A stretch of DNA of 64,000 nt from Octopus bimaculoides (Eukaryota), in the NCBI RefSeq assembly GCF_001194135.2, contig NC_068985.1, positions 122,121,320-122,185,319 on the forward strand, given 5' to 3'. The position numbers were made by a program, and so were the translations under genes. Shown here piece after piece: positions 13,210 through 26,200 of the stretch (position 1 is its first letter; every line of letters starts with the position of its first letter). The notes under the pieces were generated by a model that worked only from the letters and a program-made list of their open reading frames with translations, made no database searches and had not been told where the DNA came from.

Positions 13210-13500
13210 GTGATAGAGAGAGACTAATGTCTCTATTGCGACTATCAACCTTTTACGGAAGCATCAGATGTAGTATGCAAGAGAGAAGACTGCATTGGTA
13301 TGGTCATGTGATACATATGGAGATCAGCTACATAAAGATGTGCCAATTTCTAATTGTGGAGAGAACCTGTGGAAGAGATAGACCCAAGGTGTGGGACAAA
13401 GTGGTGAAAAATGATCTTCAGATGTTGAACCTCAGAAACGTGACAAGGGACCAAGACTTCTGACAAATTGCTGTGCTTGAGAAGACACATCAAGCTAAAT
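13210..13500 (+). mobile_element. RTE LINE 3' end remnant
   Basis: [38 protein letters not shown]: RTE C-terminal motifs (RL.W.GHV, RGRP..W). Confidence 0.75.
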
Positions 13501-16500
13501 AAAATCGTGGCCATACATAAAGGCAATGTCCTTGTAGCCATGTCCGCTTCCATACACACTCAAGTTGTCCTTTGTCAACACAACAATTGTTCCCAACATC
13601 CCACTTCCCCCCATCCATGATCACCACCTGTTGCAGAACCCTCGACTTTGCCTCAGATGCCTATCTGCACACTCTCCATACCTTCACATGTCTACATAGC
13701 CTTCAATTTCTCTCACCATCAATTGCTACAATCACCATTTTGCTATCTCTAAACATCTCTTGTCACACTCTTATGAAACATCCCCTATCCCCTCTGTACT
13801 CCTTAAGTTCCCTCTACTGTAGCTTGTGGATATGTCCTGATGCATCTCCAGCACCATCGACTTCTCTCTCTCTTTCTCACTCTGTCTTGCTATCTTTCCC
13901 TCTGACTCTACCTCTCCTTTCTTTTCCTACTGGAATAGCTAAGTATCTCCTCTATAGTAAGACACCTCTCTTTACCCTCCCTCTTCCAGCTGAGGGGTCT
14001 TTGTCTTGCAAGTTACTTGGTGATGGGGCCTCATAAAAAGCACTAGTGCTGGTCCCACATAAAAAGCAGCCAGTACACTGTTAAATGGTTGGAATTAGGA
14101 AGGGGTCCAGTCTTAAAAACCATGCCATAACAGACAATGGAGCTTGGTGTAGTTCTCTGGCTTACCAGTTTCTGTCACACTGTCCAACCTATGCCAGCAT
14201 AGAAAATGGATGTTAAATAATGATGATGATTTAATACCACCACTCATTCGGATCGGGTTTCTAGTATGAAGTTAAGCCATGTATAATCAAAGGGTTAAGT
14301 CAATTGCATATTATTATCCTTATCACCTAAGTATCACCACAAGAATAGATAGGTTGCTGATTGTCTGTAATAATATTAATAGAATGAAAGATGTGAAAAA
14401 AAGATGTGTATGATATTTGACATTATGAATATCAATCTGAGACAAATCCACATATCTTTCAATGGCAGAGTAATATAAACATTGTTTGAGTACTGTCAGT
14501 GACTTTATTACTCTTTTTTCTATCTTAGATTGATGCTATTAATGACTAATATAATTTATATTAAAATTTTAATGGTTTGTTTAGAAAATATGTGTATATC
14601 AATGTACTGTGAGACATGGAAATTAACATTCCTTCAAACTCTTTCACAGCTTTTTTTCTACATACCCATACATACCTTAAAATATTTAGAACTTCCACTT
14701 TTCTGGATAGAGTAACACAAGGATCTGTGTTCTTAACCACTCTTTCCAACTTAAACTACATCATCATCTTTCACATCCTCAAAACTTACACACAACCTCA
14801 CATTTACATCCCTACAAAATTCTTCAGATACAATTGTGTGACTACTCTCTGCATCATGATGATAATGATGCATAGTCACTGTTTTATGTTCTTTATAGTT
14901 TGCTGTGTGAAAATTGGGGTCCCAAACAGAGCTGGCTTAACCCACGACAGGTCCTCTCTGTTGACTAAATGTGATACTTGCAGGGCTGATATTCAGTCTC
15001 CTATACCAATCGTACAAAATGTATCCTCTTCTCTCTGTTATGATTGTTTGGTGAATAAACTCAGGAGCAGTAGCGTGTAGTATATAATGTATAAAAGTTC
15101 AGCTGGAAGTGATTCTGGTTGCTGATGCTGCTGAAAATCTTTATTGGGAGTATGCTTATCGTGTGTGATGTTATAGACCATTGTTGCATGGTTCTGGGCG
15201 ACTGAGTGTATTATAAATGAAGCAAACTTACAAATGTTCAACAATATTTATTGAGAGAAATGATTTACTGTGTTGGCTTAAACATTAGCTATCTAGAAAA
15301 GAAAAATGAGGATACAATAACTGCTGCACATTGTTAAAGCTTAGAGAAGAGAAGTGTGCTGTCTTGTTGAATGCTATCTGTGAAATGGCCTAGCATGAAA
15401 CCGGTTCGTAATGCGAAAAATGAGTGGGGACCGTTAAAACAGCCAGACTAACTGGGGCTATACATTTCTTGATAGTTTTGTGCACTGCAAAATCTCAAAA
15501 GATGTTGTCGGACATTAGGCCACTAACATTATTCCACATATCAACAGCTATTTGCAGTTGTATGTTAGTGATTGTGTCGAATATACGCGGCGAAATGTTT
15601 TGACACTTGACAGTATACAATACTTTCACTAAATAAAACAAACGTAAAAATATTGGCTTATTTGTGTTTTAAAGGACTATCATGGAACTTCCAGCTTATG
15701 TTTATATTTCCTGCTGTCAGAAGTAAAGACAACAAAACTAGTTGCTTTAATTCTCATCTCAAGATACAAAGACTCCAAGGCTTCTAAGACTTCACAAGAC
15801 GAAATATATATGAATATAATTCCATATATTTATTTATTCAGGACACAAGGTATATACAGGGAAGTTCCAGGCTATAGCAAATGTGTGTTGTGAGGAGAAG
15901 AGGGATCGAAGCACGTCATATTCCATTTTCCCTACAGCATATAAACTTTACCAATCTCAGGGACTTCACTGTATAATTTTTTACCAATGCAGAGTACCAC
16001 CGGTTTCCTCAATCTACTACTATAAATCATTGAAGAAAGTATTCGCTGAGACTTGTGATGGTCTGCGTGGGTAAAAATTATGAGATGAAATTCATAAGTC
16101 TGGGCAAGTTCGTATACAGGGAGAAGATGAATCAGACATTTTGTAGCTCTGCCTTCGTCCGAAAGGAAAATGTTTTTTCAATCCCACTGAAGCGTTTTTG
16201 TCGAAGGAAGCGTGTTTGCAGGCGCTCGACCGACAAAAAGTTTCCCCTCATATCATATCCTACTGATTACATTGGATAATGTAGACCTATATGTATTATA
16301 TCTAAACAACAAAAAAGATCATGATGGTTACGTCTGGGATGTTTTTGATCACAGATCCGCTTGATCAGGGATGCTCTGGGGCTAAACGATAATAAATAAA
16401 CGTTTCCCGGACTTCTGTAACTTTAACTCGCGTTACCCAGAAGCTTATCTCCCTTGAAAATCATAGGTGGCACAACGTGTTTCGTTTTTAAGGCAACGTT

Positions 16501-16505
16501 TAGAA

Positions 16506-16513
16506 ACGGAAGT
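16506..16513 (+). promoter_or_regulatory. ETS-type motif (ACGGAAGT) in the CpG-containing SNU13 promoter region
   Basis: ACGGAAGT about 85 nt upstream of the SNU13 ATG, in a CpG-enriched stretch. ETS/GABP sites are typical of housekeeping promoters; function is untested. Confidence 0.45.
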
Positions 16514-16597
16514 CAAACGTAAAATTAACCGAACTTCTTGGAAGAAAGTTTTGTACTGTACTTTGTAGAATTCTGTTGTTTCTCAGGAGGAACAATT

Positions 16598-17245
16598 ATG
16601 GTAAGAATCATTATATATTTTTCATTTCAATAATTTTATTAATGATTTATGTATTAAAAACTGTACACGCCTTATTTGTTGTGTCTCCAAGTATAAGTAA
16701 ATTAAATTTTATAACCAGCATGGTCACAACGGGCCGCTTTAAATGCTGTATTTATTACCTTGTACCTCAGTAATAAATAAAAGCAAAGCAAGTTCAGCCC
16801 TCCACCGCATTAGTTGATGACAAGACAAGTACCCGTGACAAACACTCTAAAAACGTTGGCATTATAGTGATAGTACATCATATTTAAGTCCACTCACCGC
16901 ACAATTCGAATATATTTGTCATGCCTTTACTGTTGTATGTAAACAGTATTTCTTTTTCGGTAATTATGAAATTATTTTAGGACTTTTCGAGAGTAAGGTG
17001 TCTAAAATCCAGACATTCAAAAATTTATTAGGAAAGTATTACGTAATAGATTAATCTCGAATCGAGTAGATGAAGACCATAAATAAATTGTAGATTCCAA
17101 GCATTAAAAACGTTGCGTAGATTAGTGATGCCAGATCTAATAAATGAAGACGATACATAATAGTTTTTTAAAGTTTACACATATATAAACTGGGTATCGT
17201 AAGTTTTTTTGGAAATTGAAATTTCTAACTAGGACAATCCAGTTC

Positions 17246-17277
<32 letters not shown>

Positions 17278-20200
17278 GCACAGGACAGCTTTTCAAAACT
17301 CATTCATAAACCTCCATGATACCCACGTGTTACTTCAGTTACGCTCCTTTTTTCACGAATTGCCCATCACTTACTAAAATGGCCTCTTTCAATAATTTTG
17401 CATTTCTCTCTATATTTCAATTTAAGAAGTCTCTGTATTTCACACATTATATAGAAGTAAATTTCAAATAAAATTATTTGTATTGTTCAATCAGATTGTA
17501 TTTTCTCTTGTCATAATGGGTTTTATTGTTAATTTCTTAAGATCTAGTGAAGTTACTGCGGTCTAGATTGTTCAAACCCAAGTCAGGCTTATTCGAGCTG
17601 ATCCACAGTCTTGTTAATTTCAGTAATATATTAATTGGAATATTTTTAATAAAATATTTATTCGTAAATAATAGCTGGAAATCATTTGATTCTTGTTTGA
17701 TCAGCGTGAAACGAAAATCGCAGTGAAATTTTATTCCTTATGTTAAAATACCAATTGCGAGTATTAATTTGAAGTAACTGCTTGTTATTACCGCGTGTTT
17801 GTAATATTTCAAATTGAAGAAGGAAACTTCTGAAACCTTTGTTTTCCTTTCCATATTAAAATGAATAAATAAATATATAAAGGTCCCAATGTTGGCGCTT
17901 GATCTGCTAGAAATTACTGTCAAATTTCTCTCAAATCGCACATTATAATTTTCAAAACCTAAAAGACATTGGATGATAACTGTCCCTGACATATTCCCTG
18001 AAAGAATATGGGTTGATCTTCGATGGAAAACTTTCTGCTTGATTTCGGTTAAGTTGGCTCTATGAATATTTCATTACATTTCTCAATACATTGATGGGGG
18101 ACCGTTTCATGTCGCCCGATGATCCAGTTACATACTTTAGCCGTCTTTTGATTCGGGACCAATAGGCCTCAATGTGGTTCGTGCAAGCGCCAGCTTCAGA
18201 GTCGACGAAATTCTTTGAATGGTTAACCGTTCTGTGAATGTAACCCAGCTGTTGTAAGTTCCTATAGCTGGCCCATTTGTCTGTATGTAACACATTTTCG
18301 ATTATAACAGCTTCTAGTGTTGCTGCGTTTCTGTCGGGTACACGCTGTAGAAATCCTTTTTTCCACAGTGTCATAGCACCCGACAAGCCACGTTTGATGG
18401 CCTTTTCTCCCTACGTGTCTCTTACATTTAAAGAGCTTGCTCTCATCTATTTCTACCTCATGACCTGGACCACCGAGCGGAGCTTTGTCTCGAAGCATCT
18501 TCCCCGAACACACTTCTCGACAAAACTCATACCACTGGATCGCGGTTTTGTTATCTACTCCGGTATATAAAGCCGCAATCGATATAGGTGCCTCGAACAC
18601 GAAATGGAAGACAATGTGAAATATTTTCTGTAAGGACAACTTTGACTTTTCCATAAAAGTCTTTGTCCTTTTAGAGATATTTTTCTTACAATTTCCGCAC
18701 CGACACACAAATCCATCCACCGATCTGGCCGACGTCTCCAAAGTCATATCGTGTGTGCAAACACGTTTTACTGGTGGCAAATAATGCCGTTGGTTTTCAA
18801 AAACTCTATTATTCCTTTTGTTTTCGCAAAAAAAAAATTTCCGTTAAAAGTGAAAAATGAAAAAAATGAGGAGGGGGGATTTAAATTTTGAAGTTGCGAT
18901 TTTTGAATATTTTTTCGGAGTCTCCATAGCCTAAAACGTGGGATTCCGTAAAAAATAAAATTTAAGGGGTAAGGGTTCCATTAACATATCCTCCATCTGG
19001 ACCGTCCTGTAATGTCTTCTAAGTAAGGAGTAGAGCATTTCAACCCATTTCTGTAAAAGTTTGTTGGTTGTCGAATTTGCTGCAAGGCTTTCAAAAGTTT
19101 ATAATTGTTGAAGATTCTGTAGTGTCTTCTGGGTACAGATTATCTTCTTGTTACCAATAGCAATCAGAATCATATCATTAAAGGAAACAGTGTTGCAATC
19201 TGTTCGGTTTTTTGTGTTGTTATCCAGACCTGAGACAACTGGGAAAAAAATGAAGCAAGCATATTCCGTTGGATGTGCAGTATATTGTGTGCGTGAAAGA
19301 CTTAGTACAAAATGTGCTGAGAGAAAAACAGGTTATTAGAGGAGACTGAATGTGTGCAAAAAAGAAGACTGCATTGGTATGGACATGTGGATGAGAACAG
19401 CGATATAAAGAAATGCCTATCACTTGATTTGGGTGGAACTTGTAGAAGAGGGAGATCCAGGAAGATGTGATGGAATGGTGAAGACTGATCTCAGGACCTT
19501 AACCCTTTAGCATTCAGATTACTTTAACAAACGTAATGCTTATTTATTCACATTGTTTTGAATTAATCATTCATTATCTCATAGTTTCAAGATTTCAATG
19601 ATGTGATAGTTTTATTCTTAGACTGGGGTAAGTAGGAAAGATTGGATTTGGTCAGTTTGAACATAAAACAAGTAGAATATTGTCAACTGGTTAAGCCTCA
19701 TGGAGGAGATGACTGGCAATATGCAGTTCTCAAGAAGACCCACCCAAAACCGAGTTCTGACTGTACTGTGTGTATAGATATATATGTGCAATTAGGCCCT
19801 TCACCCGATTTCCATCTGCTTCAACACACAACCAGACACTCTTCTTGTCACCAACTCTCACCTGTTTCCAACCAAGGTAACTCCCTGTGACCAGACATTT
19901 TTTTGTGGAAGATTGGAAATGAAGGACTCTGCTTGCATGACATTGACATTTGTTTACAACTCTCAGGCGAAGTGAAGGCAAGGAAACAATGACACACATA
20001 CTTCTACATACACACACGCTCTTTGAGTTTCTGTCTACGTAATCTACTCAAAAGGCTTCAGTCAGTCTGTGGCTATAGTAGAAGACATTTTCTCTAGGTG
20101 CTATACAGCGGGACTAAACCCAAAACCATGTGGTTGAAAAGCAAATTTCTTATTACACAGCCTATGGATGGGTATTAAAAGTGGAGGAAGGGAGGAATCA

Positions 20201-23200
20201 GTTTCTGTATATTGAATTTTTATATGAAAGGACTTTTGAAATTTTAATTAATATACAAATTAAGTAATGAGATTATAATTTTTCTCACTTGTTATTTTTC
20301 ATTTTTAGACTGAAGAAGTAAATCCTAAAGCCTATCCCTTATCGGATCCTCAGTTAACTCATAGCATTTTGGATCTTGTACAACAGGCCTCAAATTACAA
20401 GCAGTTAAGGAAAGGAGCAAATGAAGGTGAGTTTTTAATTGGAAATATGTGATTGACATGTCAAAGTTTATAATTGAAACATATTACAACAATATATTTT
20501 TAGTTTATATTTAGGGATTATTGCAGTGAATAAAGCAAGAAAATATGTCACACTAATTTTTAATGTTAATTTAGGGCTAAGTCAGTCCTCTTCAAGGAGA
20601 CTTGTGATCAAAGACTTCCAGTTATGACAATTCTGTTTTGTTTTTTTCCTGTTATAATTTAAGATTGCATTAATTGATGTGTCCTTTTCATCTTTAAATG
20701 GTAAGCATTTGAAGAGTGTTTTACTTATTTTTAATAGGTCAAATGGTGGTTGAGGCTTTTTCATTTGCTAAAAAAATTGTGTTTTAATTAAGAAATATAA
20801 CATGAAATTAGAAATAGAAGTTAAATAACATGACTATATATGAAATAGTCCTCAAAATTTGTCTGCATAGGCAAAGTAAGAAAATAGATATATTACCAAA
20901 AATAAAAAAAAGAATTTTAATATAACTAATGAGAGAATATGAAATGGTATTCATGCACAACTTAGTTGATGTCTGGGCTCTTTCAGAATTCTTTAAAGTG
21001 CAAATATGAAGCTTCAATTTCAAATTTAGACTTTGCATAAATGTGTTTTGCATTTGAAATAAAATAATTTTTTTAAGGTTTAGAAAAGACAATTATTTGA
21101 GTATTTATAATGCCTGGCATCAAGTTAAACTTGGGACAAATTTTCAGTGCAGGAATTTTGCAAGCAACCAATGTAGAGATCTTACATACACATACTAGCT
21201 ATTTAGTTACAAGATTACAGGGTCTAGGCAATAAAGACAATGATATACCAGTTCATGAAGCTCTATGTAAGTTCTATGATAACTTGCCTCTGTAAATAGC
21301 AGTATCATAAAAAAAAAAAATAATGAATGTGTCATTAGCCTACAATTCTCAATTCAGCTTTTCCTCCTGTAAATGTGACCTGTAGAGAATTTGTATCCCG
21401 TTGATTTTCTCTAGAATTCAGTATATTATATGATCCCGATCATTAAAAGTCAAGTGATTGGATTATCTGGCAACAGGTAAATCATAGAGCTATGATAAAT
21501 GAAGTAATTCAAATATTGCAGAAATCAAAGCCGGAGGTATCGTCACTTTAGCCTTAAAATTGGCGCATTGGTTATCTGTTTAATCTGACTACTTGATTAA
21601 CTTTTAACTGTAATCACTATATTTGTCCATATTCCACAAGAATTGACTACATGGGCTTAAGAGAATTAGGAGTGGAAAAATTATTTAATAGCAGCAATGA
21701 TGCATAAGTTAGTATGCAGTCATAAAGATGAAGGATGGGACCAGTATTGTATTTGAATAGAAGATTGAGTGCATCAGGAGTTAGTACTAGGCCTACAGAC
21801 TATTTGTATTTGAGGGTTTGCAATTGGTGGTGGGGGGGGTTATCTGGGAATTATTCTATGCGCACAATCTAACATTCATAACGAAGAGATGACGAATAGG
21901 TGGAACAGGCACAGGCAGCCCTTTTTTTTTTGTTTTTTGAGAAGTGGGCTGCACTACTAAAACAATAAATACAAGGTAATTTTTCATTGGACATTCCATT
22001 CAGAAAGTCCCATGGGCTGGAGTTTGCCCATGACTGAAGTAGAAAAAATATATAGAGATAAAAATATGAAATTGAATAGGCGAATATTAGAAAGAGGGAA
22101 GTGATGGCAAGTGAGCAGTAACAGGAAGGTGGCAGTGTTGTGGCTTGATTTAATAATGTGAGAGGATTATTAACTAGTGCAATTGCTACAGTTTGGTGTA
22201 AGCTGTGTATGGAGGGAATACTGAACTGGATCTTGGGAATGACATGAAAGTGGAGGGTGTGAAAGCATTTTGTTGCCTTTCAATAAGCTTTTGTGAAAGC
22301 TTGTTGTAAGCAGAAAGTGAATAAGACTGGAACCCAGTTGCTAGAGTAAGGGACACAAGGAAGAGGTTCTGGAAACTGAGTACTGTGGTAAGAAAAGGGC
22401 GTATTGCTGAAATCATTGAATTAAATGCTTTATACCATAATAAATTGTTTTAATGTTTTAAATTATTTTTACAGTCACAAAAACTCTTAACAGAGGAATA
22501 TCAGAGTTTATAGTACTTGCAGCAGATGCAGAACCTTTGGAAATATTACTTCACCTTCCTTTACTCTGTGAAGACAAGGTCAGTGTCAGTTTTTATATCT
22601 ATCACAAAGCTCTTTTTTTGGAAAAGAGTGGCCATATAAATTGACTTCTTGTGTTATAATACATGTTTTTTCTCATTGCCTTTGAAGTTGGGTTTGTCTT
22701 TCAACACTAAATTGAAATGTGATACACCATTTCTGTTTGGTAAGGTTCCTGAAGCTGATTTAAAACTTAAATCAAGCAATGTTCTAGAATGTAGCACCTA
22801 ACTCTTCTTGTTTCAGTCTCTCTAATTAGGAAAGAAAAAATTTATATCTGCTCTGCTTTAAGAAACAGAATGAATTAAAATTATTTTAAGAGCAAAAATA
22901 AAAATGTGTTCAAATTTCCAGATCTGTATCACTCAAAGTAACATTTTGCTGGTTGTCTTCACATAGTGGTGTTAAAAGAATCTGTGGAGCTATAAAGTAG
23001 ACACTCCTTTCTTGGTTCCCTCACATAGCCAGTTCAGAGAGAATAAAAGAAATTGACACTAGTATTTTACTGGTATGTCATTTGCTAACCCCTGAAGGGA
23101 GAAAAAAAAAAGAAAATTTGCTTCTCTACGATTTAAACTTAGTGCACAGAGAGCCAAAATGAATACTGTAATGTATTCTTGTTGACATGCTAATGCATGT

Positions 23201-26200
23201 CATTTTGCTGCACAGTCAGCTTTTATTGATCATATATTAATGAAGTGCAAAAGGGTTAAGGTATTAGATTACTGACTTCGTAATCAATAAGTTGACTCTA
23301 CAGCTATTGGATTATACACTTAACAATCAAACTAGCTTTGCCTACTCAATCTAGTTTTATCTGTCTGAATAAAAATAGGTTCAACTCTTTTTGTTTAAAT
23401 GGTTAGCCATAATAAAAGCAGTTGCTCTTATATTTTTCCATTCAAACATGGAAAAATATATGAAAAGCAATAAAAGAAAAATAGTAAAGCAGTTTATTAT
23501 ATACTTTTTGTTGAGTTAAACTGTACACCAAATATGATGTCATTCTTAACCACTTATCAAGCTTGGAAGAACTGAACAGTTCTGCTGTATCTATCAATGT
23601 TCTTAACATATTGGTGAAAACCATATATTTGGCTGTAGGGGAACATGCCATTTGCTCTTTGTGTCAAGTATCTAGGGTAAATCAGTCTATTCTTCAGAAT
23701 TCCATGCACAAGAGCAGTTGAACTTGGCACTGTAACCTAAAGAAACATGAATTGCAATGAGTCACTCCCACCCTATGAAGAGTATTTTATTCAGGGTCCA
23801 ACCTAGTTCTAGTGATAGTTTATAAATGCCTGGTCTGAGCAAATTGTTTTGTTCCTTACCAATTCAACCAATCATATTCTGTGGAAGTTGGTGAATATTC
23901 TTGCTTGTAACTAGTCAAACACTCTTTGTTTAGGGTGCTTGAGTGAGAGCAGTAGCTACATAGAAATAAATTCTACAGTGAAAAACTGAAACTTCTTTCT
24001 ACTGGTCTTAACCCTTTTGCTACCAATCCAGCTGAAACTGGCTCTGAGTACAAATGTCTTGTTTTCATAAGTTTTGAATTAAAATCTTCCCCCAAACCTT
24101 AGTCACAATTTATATTCCAAAAACTAGCTGAATGATAACTAAGTTATTTTACTAAATTCTTTGTTGTATTTAAAGTAATTGAAAGAAACACAGAGCATCT
24201 CAAAATAAATACAGTGACGAAAGGGTTAAGCAAGTGACAATAAAACACACAAACCACTAAAATTGTGATGATGCAGGTCACATCTTTCATGGCTTGCAGA
24301 CATTGAATATCTCTGTTGCTTTGTCAATCTATTGCTTGGAGAATTAAGAAAACATTCTGCACAAACTGAAATCATATTGGCTATGAGCAATGATTAATAC
24401 ACTGGACACAACAAACCCTGAGCTAACAAAGTAACAGTGATCTTGGAGGTGCAAAGAAAATTGGTTCAGGCTTCTGGCACTATTTCATTTCTCACATGTT
24501 GATATGTGGTGATACAACAGTAACTGCTCCTGCCTCAATTTGTGTTTTCATGATCTAAATTTTATATTGATTTTTTTGTGTGCTAGCATAGGTTGACCAG
24601 GACTTAAGTCTAGGATCAGATGAACTTCCTGGTACCAACCCTTGTTTTCAAGTAAAGAACTTATATTGGTCTTTGCATATTGAACTGCTAATCTGTGGAA
24701 ATGCCATTGTTGCCCAAATGGTGTCAGTGTGAAGCCACATTGAGACATGGACACACATATGTGAATATATGATTTTTCATCGTTTTAACATATACTTATC
24801 TATGTTCGCATGGATTCGGCAGATTTTCTATGGCCAGATGCTCTTCCTGCTACCAACCTTCACCTGTTTCCATGTATGGTAATATTTCCCTTTGACCAGA
24901 CATCTTTTCACATATTGGAAATGAAGGACACCACATGCATGACAGTGCTACTTGGTTGCTATTATCATGTAATATCAAGGCAAGGAGATAGTAACATACA
25001 CAGGCTTCTTTCACTTACTGTCTACCAAATCCAATAATCCAATCACGAGGTTTTGGTTGACCCAAGACTAGAGAAGACTCTTGCCCAAAATGCCATGCAG
25101 TGAGACTGAATTCTGAACCATATGTTGTTGGAAAGCAAACTTACCACACAACCTTACCTGTATGCATGCTTGCACATTTATGTCTAATACAGGCTTCGAT
25201 GCAGTTTTTGTCTACTAAATTTCACTCACCAAGCACTGGCTAACCCAAGGCTACATGCCCAAGGTGTCACACTAGGATCAAACCCAAAACTACATCAGAT
25301 TTTTTGACCACACAGCCATGCCTGCTTCTCACAACACCCATCTTGTTCTTTTTTATCTTACTAAATGTTGATTTAATTAATAAGTTCATTTTTTCCTTTC
25401 CTTCCAGAATGTTCCTTATGTATTTGTACGGTCTAAACAAGGTAAGGGCAATACCTTTCGTTATTTTTATTATTGGATCCAATCACTTGATGTCATTTGG
25501 CTTCTAAATATGAGACAGTATCACTGGTGATCAGTCAGTTGAAAGGACAGGAATTGTATATTGCGAAGATTCTTGTGTTGCTTGATATCACTACTACCTT
25601 TAACCTCAAAAGTGGCTGGCCGTTACCTGTTTCCTCATCACTTTATCAACATTTGCACTGCAGATTATTTTATAAAGTCAACACACTCTTGTATCAATCT
25701 TTCCTCTGCCAGACTTATTTTCAGTCACCTTGTTTTGTCATCACCTGCTGAGTTATATTGCCTTGAATGAAAGGGTACAACAATAGAGTAGTGAGAATCC
25801 TTTTATACTGTGAGGTACCAAGCAACCTCACTAGTGCTGATGCTACAATGAAATGCATTAAATACTCTTTGTAAAGTGGTTGTCAAACAAGCAGAGTTTA
25901 TGGTTAAGCGGACTCTTTAGTCTGTCAAGAACATGGCAATCTTTCTAGTATTGGTATCACAATTGAATGTGCCCAGTATACTCTGTTAAGTGGTTGATGT
26001 TAGGAAAGATGTTAACCAAGCCCAAAAGAGAACACACAGATGAGATGTAGTCTTCCAATCATCTAGAAGGGCAGTAACTCCATATAAGAACTGGATCTTT
26101 TTTAAAACGGGGGCCACATTTTTCATTAATGAAACACTTTGAAACTTGGAACACTGGTAGAATGTGTCATATAAAACATCTTTTTCTCTTAGTCTTCTTT

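Noticed and set aside
24263-24369. Box C (GTGATGA) ... box D (CTGA) pair in SNU13 intron 3, a possible snoRNA
   Set aside because: No convincing terminal stem or C'/D' boxes, and only an 8-nt match to recalled 18S sequence. Such motifs are expected by chance. A snoscan/Infernal run would settle it.
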